Source of the DNA: Macrostomum lignano
Taxonomy: Eukaryota
Assembly: GCA_002269645.1 (NCBI GenBank)
Contig: NIVC01003967.1
Coordinates: forward strand, 1-64,000
Reading direction: 5' to 3'
Length of the DNA stretch: 64,000 nucleotides
In this document: in pieces, positions 24,644 to 33,960 of the stretch
How positions within the stretch are numbered: position 1 is the first letter of the stretch
Layout: the number at the start of each line of letters is the position of its first letter
Program-made: the position numbers and the translations under genes
Notes under the pieces: generated by a model
Database searches by the model: none
What the model was told of the DNA's origin: nothing
What the model saw: only the letters and a program-made list of their open reading frames with translations

Positions 24644-26513
24644 TTATATTTGAGTAGGAGGTTTTTCCAAATAAGCAGTAGAGGGAAAAACATAACCAAA
24701 CGACGTACTACCACATACAACTGCACCACGAATAAAATGTGCAGCATCCGATCCTCCAGTTCGAGCACCAAAACCCATAAGGGTTCCAGTCTTATCCAAC
24801 GTTCCCCAAGTGCCACTATCATATGTGAAAACGTTCTGCCCAATGAGGGTATAAGAATCGGCCGAAACATTGTATGAATTTAATTGATACCAAACCCTTT
24901 GATTTAAAATATTAATTTCAAATAAATGCCAATCGCCGTTATCAATATTTGCATAATCTACCGTTTGATCTGCGTCAGTATTAACATCCGCGCGGCTTGA
25001 TCCGTCTGATTTTTTATTACTCCATACAACGCCAAATTTATCATGCCACTCACTTGCAAAAACTATCAATCCGGCGTCGGTTGTTAATCCAGTCCCACCT
25101 TCACTTGTTGGGCGTTCGTGACAATATGCATAAAACCAAACCGCATCTGCACCATCTCCTGTAGAATTAGCGACTCGGAAATAGAAAGACGCAGATATAT
25201 TTTGAAAATGTGTGAAATTGAATTGTAATGCCCCACTTACTCCACCAGTTTCACGAGTAATTCTAGCTCCATTTTGATAATCGATATAAGAAGCGTCGCC
25301 AATTAAAGAACCAACTGGATATATATCTCCAGCGGTTGTTGGATTTTGATATCCAGTCCAATTACAAATTACTGGCTCGAATAATGCGGCATCAATCGCG
25401 GGAATATTATCCAATTTATTTTTATCACCGGCAGACATTCTACCATTTGAAGTTGGAGTTGCTACCTGATCTACGTACGCTCGCGGGTAGCAGATAGTAT
25501 TTCATTTGGCCAATTAAGATCTTGAATTTCAACTCGGTGTTCAAATAATTGTATTAGACGAACCTCGATAGGTTGTGTAGCGGTGCCACCAGTTGGGAAT
25601 AAAACGCTATAATATTTCCAAAAATTAACCGTTAAATTAGTTAACGCAAATGAAGTTGCTTGAATTGGTGATCCCGACGTTCGTAATACCGTCCATGCAT
25701 CGGTAGCAACATTTTTTGCACGAACCGACCATCCCGATGGAATATCAATAGTTGCGCTGCCTGTAATTCTTAATTCATTTATTCTTCGATTATAACCTAA
25801 AAATTCAAATTGAATTTCCATATTGGTTGTGGTTCCGGTATTTGGTGACCATTGTGTCGCAAGGCTTCCATCTCCAACTCGAAAAGCATCGTTGGTATTT
25901 TCGGATGCTGTAAGAACAACATCTGGATTTGAAGTATTTGATGTAAGCGGCGTGGCAAAAATATCGGCGTCGGTTACATTAGCTCGAGCGTTGACCTGCC
26001 CTAAATTGACCGAGTCTGTGGCCTCTGTTCCAAATAATAAATTTGTTAATTTAAAATTATTCATATTGATATTGCCGTTACGACTACCAACCTGATTATC
26101 GACATAGTTCTTATCAACTACCGAGTTATTCGTTGTAATTGCAACATTTATAATTCGATTGTTATCCATATCTAAAGTTCCGGTTGCGGTGGCTTGAACA
26201 TAACGCGAATCAGAATCAGTTCGAGAATAAGAATCAGTTATATCTCTTTTTAAATTTAACCCAGTGTCAACCTCTGATTTTGTATATGAATCGCTAATAT
26301 CTCTTTTAAGATTTAATGAAGTATCGATTTCAGTTTTGGTATAGGAATCTGCAACATTCCGTTTCAAATTTAGTTTAGTATCAACTTCACTTTTTTATAA
26401 CCTTCATCTTCATTAATATATCGATTATCTCCGAAGGTAACACTTATTCCACCAGACGTACCACCACCAGTACTTGTTGTTCCGTTCCATGAGGGTGTTC
26501 CAGAAAATATCAT
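24644..26513 (-). CDS. Fibre/receptor-binding protein, ~623 aa, split by two -1 frame breaks (~26391, ~25485)
   Basis: YTKxEVD repeats; LDMDNNRIINVA and TDSVNLGQ adhesin-stalk motifs; F5/8-type-C-like domain; GRMSAGDKNKLD motif; C-terminal legume-lectin-like GDGADAVWF..NGDWHLFEI. Confidence 0.8.
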
Positions 26514-26524
26514 TTTTTTACTGT

Positions 26525-26965
26525 CTATTTTATAGAGTCTAAAATAGTCTTAAATACTTTGTGGTTTACACGAGCTTCATTCGAAAGTCGATATAAAAAA
26601 TATAACGCTGCTTGTCCGCAATAACTTTTATCAAAGGTTTGAAACTGTTCGTGATGATCTCCACATAAACGATTTTTAGTATGATTAAATTTATCTTTTA
26701 TTTCCTGTAACGGAGGAAGCGCGTATGAATCAAAAAAATAAACAAGTTTAGGTTTGGAATAAACTGCCGACCAATGAGCCCCGTTTTCTTTTGTAGTTTC
26801 GATGTTGACAATGTAAGATCCATATTGTGGTAAGTCTTTTATCTCATCCCGCATCACACATCTGAATGGTTTTATTTTTAACTGCCGCGCCCAATTTGTT
26901 AATTCGATATTGCTTGTTGTGTCTGTTCCATATCTTTGTTTAAAATCATCCCACGTCATGGTCAT
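26525..26965 (-). CDS. PRO: Adenain-family cysteine maturation protease, 146 aa
   Basis: GAHW, FFDSY, Q..SYCG: catalytic His/Asp/Gln/Cys present. Confidence 0.92.
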   Translation of the reverse strand: MTMTWDDFKQRYGTDTTSNIELTNWARQLKIKPFRCVMRDEIKDLPQYGSYIVNIETTKENGAHWSAVYSKPKLVYFFDSYALPPLQEIKDKFNHTKNRLCGDHHEQFQTFDKSYCGQAALYFLYRLSNEARVNHKVFKTILDSIK

Positions 26966-26966
26966 T

Positions 26967-27140
26967 TTATGTTCCTGAAAAACTCTTGGTTTTAGTTAGT
27001 TTTGTAGGTTTGGATTTTAACAGTTCCTTTCGGATTTTTTCTGCCTGTAATTGTTTCAATTTTGTTAGTTCGATTTCATAATTATCCTTTGCATTTTGAA
27101 CTTTATCTGATTGTTTTTTTAAAGCATTGTTGTTACCCAT
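26967..27140 (-). CDS. Small basic protein, 57 aa, possible N-myristoylation (absent from ORF track)
   Basis: GTAAAAATG then MGNNNALKKQSDKV...TKSFSGT; its stop abuts the protease start. Confidence 0.55.
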   Translation of the reverse strand: MGNNNALKKQSDKVQNAKDNYEIELTKLKQLQAEKIRKELLKSKPTKLTKTKSFSGT

Positions 27141-27184
27141 TTTTACTATGGGAAACGGACGATGTCCTCGAACCTTTGGTTCGG

Positions 27185-27969
27185 CTAAACCTGTTTTATA
27201 CGTAAAATTACTGTTATTGATTGCCCACCAAAACTTATTAATCTATCGGTTTCATCTACAATCCTAATATAAATTGATTGAACATTATATTGATTTAATG
27301 GGTAATATATTGGGGTTTGGGTGAAACAATCATTTTCTCTCCAATTGGAACAGCAAGAAATGGGATGGAATAAATAATTCCACGTTGAACCAAAACTCCA
27401 TTATTATCTGTTATATAACCGCCGTTTGATATGTCGGTTGTTATATTAATTGTATTAACACCACCCTCAATATTTCCAACTGTATCGCCGGTGCTTGATG
27501 TGGTAACTATTCGAGAATTAAATCCAAGTATGGTTCTGAGTGAATTTGCAATTGTGAAATCAACCTGATATCCGGATTCGAGTGATAGTGTGAATCTGCC
27601 AGATGGTAAATCAACACCTATAACAATTGCGCCTGATACCCAATCGCCGTTAGATGTTAATTCTCCTTCTATATAAGCATTCAAATCGGTATAAGAATAT
27701 GCTCCTGGGTTAACGCTAAATGTTGTCCAATTGGCTCCGGAATCTTTAGAATATCTAAATTGATTATTTGTTGCATTAATTAATTGAGGCATGTTAAAAA
27801 CCGAAAATAGTATCAAACCTATTTGATAACTTAGGCTTTGATCAAGTTGTAACGGGTCGCGCAATTGAATACGTTGTTCACTGGTTGTCATTATAAACTG
27901 TAAGGTTGTACTAAATTTTGAATTAGTTCGATCTACCAATTGTTTTATAGTATTTAAATTTGTAGTCAT
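27185..27969 (-). CDS. PX: Minor capsid protein (penton, single jelly-roll), ~261 aa, one -1 break at ~27312
   Basis: Adding one C restores IYYPLNQYNVQSIYIRIVDETDRLISFGGQSITVILRIKQV*, a typical Polinton penton C-terminus. Confidence 0.85.
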
Positions 27970-27984
27970 TTTTATAGTGGGAAA

Positions 27985-28738
27985 TTAATCCTCATCGTCC
28001 TCTTTCATCAGATCTTTTAAGATTCGATTTTTCCTTTCTAACCTTGGGTTGATATATATATGTTTGTATTGGCTATCATCCCAAATTTTTTTACACAACT
28101 TTTAAATGTTTTGTATCCAACCCAGGATTAAATCTAGCGTGTATATTTTGTAAATCATAATTATCTAAATCAAACATTACACAACAACTTGCATTCTTTT
28201 TTATAATCGATTCTAATTCTCTAAAGGACTGTGTTAGATAAAAAGCTCCAATTCCATCTCCTCTACCACTAACAAAAATTTCCTTTTGCAATTCTTGATC
28301 ACCGTCATTAATACAATCATCAAAAATAATTAGTGTTTTATCATGTTTTGGAATTTGATCATAGGCTAATCGGGTTGATACTCTAACAGTTGGGGCTCGT
28401 TCGGTGATGTTTTCTGGTTGTTGTGCCATTGTTTTACATAAATCCTCAATGTCATCGAGTGTAAATCGCGGTTCGTCATCATCCTCATATTGCTCATATG
28501 CTCTTAACATTCTAAACAAGACATCTTTTTTTAATTTGTTTTTTAATCCATGTTTAAGAAATTCATAATATTTTATTCTAGGTTTGTTAGTATAAATTAT
28601 TAAATTATTATAGTCTAACATTCCATCTGTTGTTAATAAATCGTAAACAAAGTGTGTTTTTCCTTTACCTGATCCTCCGATTACTAAACAAAGAAAAGGA
28701 TCATTTGGAAATATCTTATCGTGTTTTGCCTTTACCAT
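27985..28738 (-). CDS. ATP: FtsK/HerA (A32-like) genome-packaging ATPase, ~251 aa, frame break near 28105
   Basis: Walker A GGSGKGKT; Walker B LIIFDD; SGRG..I..FYLTQS; C-terminus FKKLCKKIW..QYKHIYIN in another frame. Confidence 0.92.
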
Positions 28739-28753
28739 TTTTAAAGAAATAAT

Positions 28754-30226
28754 TTAAATAGGCGCGTCCCGAACAATCGTGCCATCAGCTTTAGCAATTG
28801 ACATATATTCCTCTAGAAACAATACGTGTGCGTCTATTGCCTGATTACCAGTTTTATTAATCTCTAACATATAATTAAGTCCAATATTGGCTACGTTTTC
28901 TTTCTGTGCCGTTAGATCATAAACAACCACTGGATGAATGTTTAGAAACTCTGTGGGTGTGTACTGAGGGACGGCATACGCTTCATTTTTGGCATAATCT
29001 TGATAATATTTTATAAAATCATTAACATTATTATTTGCTATATTTAAATTTAGGGGGTCTTTAACCGGATAATATTGATCATCAACCTGCAGGCGGATAT
29101 TCTGAACATTAAACTCGTTAATAGCTGCAGCCGCATTGTCTGTTGCGGTGGCTGCTTGTTCTGCTATGGCACCGGATTGAAGCCAATATAAATCCCCATT
29201 TGCTCTTTTACTCCTTCTGTTTGTTATTTTAAACCAAACAAAAATATATCTCACCCGACGTTTTGATGTCAGTATTTGCCACTGGAATGAATCCTGGTTA
29301 TTATTAATGGTTCGCATAAAATGTCGACGATTCAAATAAAATATTTCCTGATCATGCGTTAACTGATTATCAATGTGTTTTAAAAGTGGGGCTGTTACCT
29401 CAATAGTTGGTACGACTAATTGAATTGAATCTATACGAACTGCTATATCGGTTGAAATTGAGGTTCCATAAAGTATCCTAGGCTGATATCCACCAGATAT
29501 TTGCAACTGTATCCCAAATTTTAATCCTTTCCATACCCGATTTGGTGAGAAGAACCCAAATAGCGGGAAGATTGAAAAGTCCTGCTCATATGCCGTTGCC
29601 GTGGTTAAAACTGCAACTGGGAATTTATTCTGGCGATCTATAAAGCCGGTGTTAATATCTTTTGTATTAGTCATAGTGGTTACAACTGGAACTATGTTTG
29701 TATTAAGGTAAGCAATTAGAGCTGCAGTATCTGCACCAGCTGCGTTTTGTACATTAGGGAAAACTACTGCTTGACCGTTACCTTTATCCGGCATCCACCC
29801 AACATTATCACCAACTTGTTTTGATAAATAAGTATAATTTAAATGTTTCAAAACTCCATTAATCTCTGCGGGGTTTGATGATGTCTCAACCTCAGCACCA
29901 TTAACAGTTAGTTGAGCTTGGGAAAAACATTTATAAAACCAATCATTTTCTATTATTATTCCGGATCGATCTGCGATATCTCCGGCTGCAAGAGCAGTTC
30001 CATCATTTCTAGTATACAACCATCTAACGCGGAAAAACGCATTTTTCATATCCAATATAGTGTTGGTTGCGCCGATGTCAAAAGTTACCGTTCCAGTAGT
30101 AAAGTTATTTGAATTATCACTTGTTGGTAGGGTATAATTTAAATCTCTTGCTCTGACCTCATTAATATACTGTCGGTGCTTTTTGAAATGAAATTTATCA
30201 CTCCACATAGTTTTTGTTTCAGCCAT
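28754..30226 (-). CDS. PY: Double-jelly-roll major capsid protein, 490 aa, intact
   Basis: Size and position; Polinton MCP-like segments FSQAQLTVNGAEVE, FGFF, RYIFVWF, NIRLQVDDQYYP, VYDLT. Confidence 0.88.
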   Translation of the reverse strand: MAETKTMWSDKFHFKKHRQYINEVRARDLNYTLPTSDNSNNFTTGTVTFDIGATNTILDMKNAFFRVRWLYTRNDGTALAAGDIADRSGIIIENDWFYKCFSQAQLTVNGAEVETSSNPAEINGVLKHLNYTYLSKQVGDNVGWMPDKGNGQAVVFPNVQNAAGADTAALIAYLNTNIVPVVTTMTNTKDINTGFIDRQNKFPVAVLTTATAYEQDFSIFPLFGFFSPNRVWKGLKFGIQLQISGGYQPRILYGTSISTDIAVRIDSIQLVVPTIEVTAPLLKHIDNQLTHDQEIFYLNRRHFMRTINNNQDSFQWQILTSKRRVRYIFVWFKITNRRSKRANGDLYWLQSGAIAEQAATATDNAAAAINEFNVQNIRLQVDDQYYPVKDPLNLNIANNNVNDFIKYYQDYAKNEAYAVPQYTPTEFLNIHPVVVYDLTAQKENVANIGLNYMLEINKTGNQAIDAHVLFLEEYMSIAKADGTIVRDAPI

Positions 30227-30259
30227 TTTTTTAAGTTAAAAATTTTTTTATGTTAAAAA

Positions 30260-30931
30260 ATGAGTCAATTTATGGACGTTGATGGAGAGTTAGCGATTTA
30301 TAAAGAGAAGCAAAGATATTCTGATTTTGTTAGAAATTTACAAAAAAGAAAGTTAGGAATACAATTAGCTGGCGAAAGATTTGCTGCTCCTTTTGTTAAT
30401 CCTATTACTGGGAAAATTAGTGAACTAGAAAAAACAGATAAAGATCTTCTGGAAAAAATTGCTACGAATACTGAGCCAAAAGAGGATGAAATTTTGGATG
30501 AGCCGCCTACTTATGGTGTTGCTCATGCACAATTGAGAGTTGCAGAGATTAGACGTGCAGAAAGGAATGGAGTTGAACAATATCAGAGAGCTGCACCACA
30601 AAGTATTGCTGTGATGGATTTAGGTAATGATAATTATCGAATTGGTGGAGTTGATAAAAATCAGAATGAACTATATACAGAATTGGGTGGAGCGTTTAAT
30701 ATTATTATGAACCCTAGGGTAAAGTTTAACCCTGAATTATATACTAGAGATGAATTAGTAAGTGCAAAAATTTTTTATGATGAGTTGGGAATAAGAGCTG
30801 CTAAAAATACCAGCTTGTATAAAAGGATTGTTGATTCTATAAATAACAAACCGGTCGTTGGTGAAGGATTTAAAACTCCTAGAAAACTTGTTTTAGCTGC
30901 TGCGAAAGCTGCTGGACATACTGGTGTTTAA
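30260..30931 (+). CDS. Conserved-type Polinton protein (PW/PZ-like), 223 aa
   Basis: FVNPIT N-terminal motif; GEG..KLVLAAAKAAGHTG C-terminal motif. Confidence 0.55.
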   Translation: MSQFMDVDGELAIYKEKQRYSDFVRNLQKRKLGIQLAGERFAAPFVNPITGKISELEKTDKDLLEKIATNTEPKEDEILDEPPTYGVAHAQLRVAEIRRAERNGVEQYQRAAPQSIAVMDLGNDNYRIGGVDKNQNELYTELGGAFNIIMNPRVKFNPELYTRDELVSAKIFYDELGIRAAKNTSLYKRIVDSINNKPVVGEGFKTPRKLVLAAAKAAGHTGV

Positions 30932-30958
30932 TTAATTGTTAAATTTATTTTTTATAAA

Positions 30959-31528
30959 ATGGATGAAACAAAAATTTGTACTACGTGTAAAATTGAGAAA
31001 CCGATGACTAAAGAATTTTTTTGTTGGAGAAACGATTCGAAAAAATTTAGAAATGATTGTCGATCATGTCATAATACTTCGTCTACAATGTGGATGAAAA
31101 ACAATAAAGATAAATGGAAAGAATATAGAAAAAATAAATATCACACCGATGAAAATTACAAAAATATTACTCTAATTAGAAATAGAATAAATTGGGCGTT
31201 GAAAAATTTTAATGACAAGGACTATATCTCATATCTTGGTTGCACAAAAGAATTCTTTTTTGATTGGTTAAATTTCACAAGAAATTATTATGTATCAAAA
31301 GATTATACTGGAAAGTTAGATATTGATCATTTGATCCCCGCTTCTTCATTTACTTACAAAGATAATGACCAGATGAAAAAGTCTGAAAATTGGAGAAATA
31401 AAAGATACTTAACTAGCGCAGATAATCGCTATAAAAAAGTTAAGCAACCAACTATCGAAGAATTTGCAAAACAATTAGTGTTAACTTGTATTTTTAAGGC
31501 TATTAAAAATGAACCAACTTGTGTTTGA
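30959..31528 (+). CDS. Zn-finger plus HNH endonuclease (giant-virus/phage type), 189 aa
   Basis: CTTC..CRSC; YLGCTKE; IDHLIP..WRN..ADNRYK. Confidence 0.8.
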   Translation: MDETKICTTCKIEKPMTKEFFCWRNDSKKFRNDCRSCHNTSSTMWMKNNKDKWKEYRKNKYHTDENYKNITLIRNRINWALKNFNDKDYISYLGCTKEFFFDWLNFTRNYYVSKDYTGKLDIDHLIPASSFTYKDNDQMKKSENWRNKRYLTSADNRYKKVKQPTIEEFAKQLVLTCIFKAIKNEPTCV

Positions 31529-32783
31529 AGGAGGATTGTTAGATGTTCAAAAAGGATTAACAAGCTTACCACCAATCTTTACTACTGGAAGGTATACAAA
31601 TGAATTACACATCCCATCTTACAACTTCGCAGGCCCGGGGACTAGGTTAGATTTGAGATTAAATCCTGATAATACTCCAAAAGCCGATTCAATTCCCATT
31701 AACGGTATTGATTGGTTAGCATACTATCATGACTTAGCATACAGAGATGCTGATAAGAACTCACCCGAGGAAGCATTAAGATTAAAACATGAAGCCGATA
31801 GAAAAATGATTCAAGGATTAGATAACTTACAGGGCTTATCGGTAGGTCAAAAATTAACTAGATGGATGGTTAAAAAAATCTTACAGTCTAAAGTTAAATT
31901 TGGTTTGGGAATTAATTATAATCAACATGGAAATAATTGTGTTGAGTGTTTATTATTAAGTGGTAGTGGGTTAAGTTCTGATGAGGCAAAAGTTCTTCAT
32001 AAAGAATATCGAAAACCTAAATTTTATAGAAAAATCATGAACTTCAAAAAGAATGAAATTTGGTATGCTGATTTAATGTCATTGCCGAGCGACAGAGGAT
32101 ATAAATATATTTTAACCATATTGGATGGTTTTACTCGATACGCGTGGGCAGTTCCTTTAAAATCCAAAAAGGGAGAGGAGGTTGCTGCTGCTTTTAGAAG
32201 TCTTGATGAAAAAAGTGAACGGTTGTGTGTTGATGAGGGAAAAGAATTTTACAATCCTCATATGTATAAATTATATCATTTTGAAAAAGGACAAGAAAGG
32301 AAAAAAGACGCGAATGGGGAGTATATTAATAAAATTTATTCTATTTATGGAGAAAGTAAAAACGCATTAATAGAAAGATTTAATCGAACTTTAGGTAAGA
32401 AATTATGGTTTCAGTTTAGTCTTAATGGAAACCAAAAGTGGGTAAAAATATTACCAGACGTTGTAAAAGATTATAACAATTCATATCATTCGGCTATAAA
32501 GATGACTCCTCAACAAGCTTATAACAATCCTGAAAAAGTTAAAGTTACTTTTGGAGAATTTGAAAAAAAGAAAACTAAAGGTTTTAAGGTTGGTGATTCT
32601 GTTTATATCTATAAATGGAAAGATAAGTTTGAAAAAGGAAGAAAAGGATATTGGAAGATAAGTGAGAAATTTACCATCAGTAAAGTTTTAAATACAAATC
32701 CTACAACCTATATAATTGCTGATAAGGATGGTGAAGAAATATTGGGTTCTTTTTATGAGAATCAGATATTATCTGCAAACTAA
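31509..32783 (+). CDS. INT: Parvovirus VP1u-type phospholipase A2 fused to retroviral-like DDE integrase, 424 aa
   Basis: YNFAGPGT, AYYHDLAY, EADRKM (PLA2); WYADLM, CVDEGKEF, LIERFNRTL (D,D,E); FKVGD..GSFYE C-terminal domain. Confidence 0.95.
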   Translation: MNQLVFEGGLLDVQKGLTSLPPIFTTGRYTNELHIPSYNFAGPGTRLDLRLNPDNTPKADSIPINGIDWLAYYHDLAYRDADKNSPEEALRLKHEADRKMIQGLDNLQGLSVGQKLTRWMVKKILQSKVKFGLGINYNQHGNNCVECLLLSGSGLSSDEAKVLHKEYRKPKFYRKIMNFKKNEIWYADLMSLPSDRGYKYILTILDGFTRYAWAVPLKSKKGEEVAAAFRSLDEKSERLCVDEGKEFYNPHMYKLYHFEKGQERKKDANGEYINKIYSIYGESKNALIERFNRTLGKKLWFQFSLNGNQKWVKILPDVVKDYNNSYHSAIKMTPQQAYNNPEKVKVTFGEFEKKKTKGFKVGDSVYIYKWKDKFEKGRKGYWKISEKFTISKVLNTNPTTYIIADKDGEEILGSFYENQILSAN

Positions 32784-32793
32784 GTTCGAACAG

Positions 32794-32961
32794 TTACTTA
32801 AGACAACAAGGTAGTAAATTTTTTATAACAAACAAAAACAATATTATTACTATTATTGTTACTAATATTATTATTGACATTTGTTCAACTGTTATCAAAC
32901 TTAAATTTTCATTAAGTTCATTAATCGGCACATTTCCGATGTAGGAATAATTTACCTTCAT
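32794..32961 (-). CDS. Small single-pass membrane protein, 55 aa (absent from ORF track)
   Basis: TAAAAAAAATG start; MKVNYS..SIIILVTIIVIILFLFVIKNLLPCCLK*. Confidence 0.55.
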   Translation of the reverse strand: MKVNYSYIGNVPINELNENLSLITVEQMSIIILVTIIVIILFLFVIKNLLPCCLK

Positions 32962-33022
32962 TTTTTTTATATATATTTTTCATAATAAATGTCGTTTCTG
33001 TTATAGAATAATAATTCATTTT

Positions 33023-33337
33023 TTACATAAAAATTTCAATTTCATTCTCAGAATCACTGGTTTCATATGAGCTATTTGTTGATTCGGAATCTGTTGATCT
33101 AACCTCCCAATCATCCGAATTTAAATAATCTCCAAGTTGAAATATTAACTCTCCCTCTTGTTCTAATTCATACATCTCATCTAGCTCTAATGGATAAAGC
33201 TTTAGGTCATGCTTGTCGTCATATTTTAAATAAACTTCATCAATTATTCCATTCAAAATATGTTGTTTTATTATCTCTGCATTTTTAGCAACAGTCTCAA
33301 AAGTATCACTAACAGAAAAGGTGTAAACTCGGGTCAT
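33023..33337 (-). CDS. Polinton acidic orphan, 104 aa
   Basis: TAAAAATG start; D/E/S-rich C-terminus. Confidence 0.65.
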   Translation of the reverse strand: MTRVYTFSVSDTFETVAKNAEIIKQHILNGIIDEVYLKYDDKHDLKLYPLELDEMYELEQEGELIFQLGDYLNSDDWEVRSTDSESTNSSYETSDSENEIEIFM

Positions 33338-33354
33338 TTTTAGTAACAGAAAAA

Positions 33355-33660
33355 GACCCTTCGCGCCTGCGGCGCGGGCAAGGGGTTATAGAGTAGTAGT
33401 ATAGAAAAAGACGCTTACAGATCAGACCTTATTTTAATGGCCGTTTTTAAGGTCTTAAGAGGGGGGACGCGAGGGGGTGTTGGGGAGTGTTTGGAAGTGT
33501 TGGGAATGATTTTTATTGTTAGGGGTGATTATGGGTGATTAGATGTATTAATGGTGTTTAGATGTGTTTTTTTATTTACCCCCCGTGTCCCCCCTCTAGA
33601 CCCTTAAAACGGTCATTAAAAAAGTGCTCTGGGTCTGTAAGCGTCTTTTTCTATACTACT
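33355..33660 (-). repeat. Right terminal inverted repeat (306 bp)
   Basis: Reverse complement of 16488-16793. Confidence 0.98.
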
Positions 33661-33666
33661 GAACAG

Positions 33667-33960
33667 GTCGACGCATCGCTCGATCGAGCAGTGCCGAAAA
33701 TCCGCTAACGCTGACGAAGCTTACAAGCAGTTGTGGCTGCAAGCCTGTCACCTGCCATTCGACAACGATCTGGAGACCAGCGACATAAGGGAAGGCATAG
33801 AGTGCGACGATTTTCGAGTTTGGCGCAATTTCAGCACCGATCTGGGACTCGATCTGTCGAGTGTCGGGTCCGAACGAGGCCGTCGAACCGCCGCCATTGC
33901 CGAGTGCTACCCGTTCAGAGTGCCACCGCCAAGCCGCATGGGCGTCAGTTCGCTCGGCGA
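33667..33960 (+). CDS. TEX52: 3' part of the interrupted TEX52-like exon
   Basis: LWLQACHLP..DDFRVWRNF..VPPPSRMGVSSL resembles TEX52 WLDVCRLP..VWRWL..IPPPSWMG (recalled, not searched); donor GTAAGT at 33961. Confidence 0.6.

Larger units (their letters stand above)
16488..33660. mobile_element. Complete Polinton/Maverick (adintovirus-like endogenous virus), 17,173 bp
   Basis: AGTAGT/ACTACT termini; 306-bp TIRs; TSD GAACAG at 16482-16487 and 33661-33666; pPolB, integrase, protease, ATPase, MCP and penton genes. Confidence 0.98.

Noticed and set aside
18870-27320. Programmed ribosomal frameshifting
   Set aside because: No canonical X XXY YYZ site at the breaks I examined, and too many essential genes are affected
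16488-33660. Contaminant or chimeric viral contig
   Set aside because: Perfect 6-bp TSD and an in-frame host exon across the empty site show true integration
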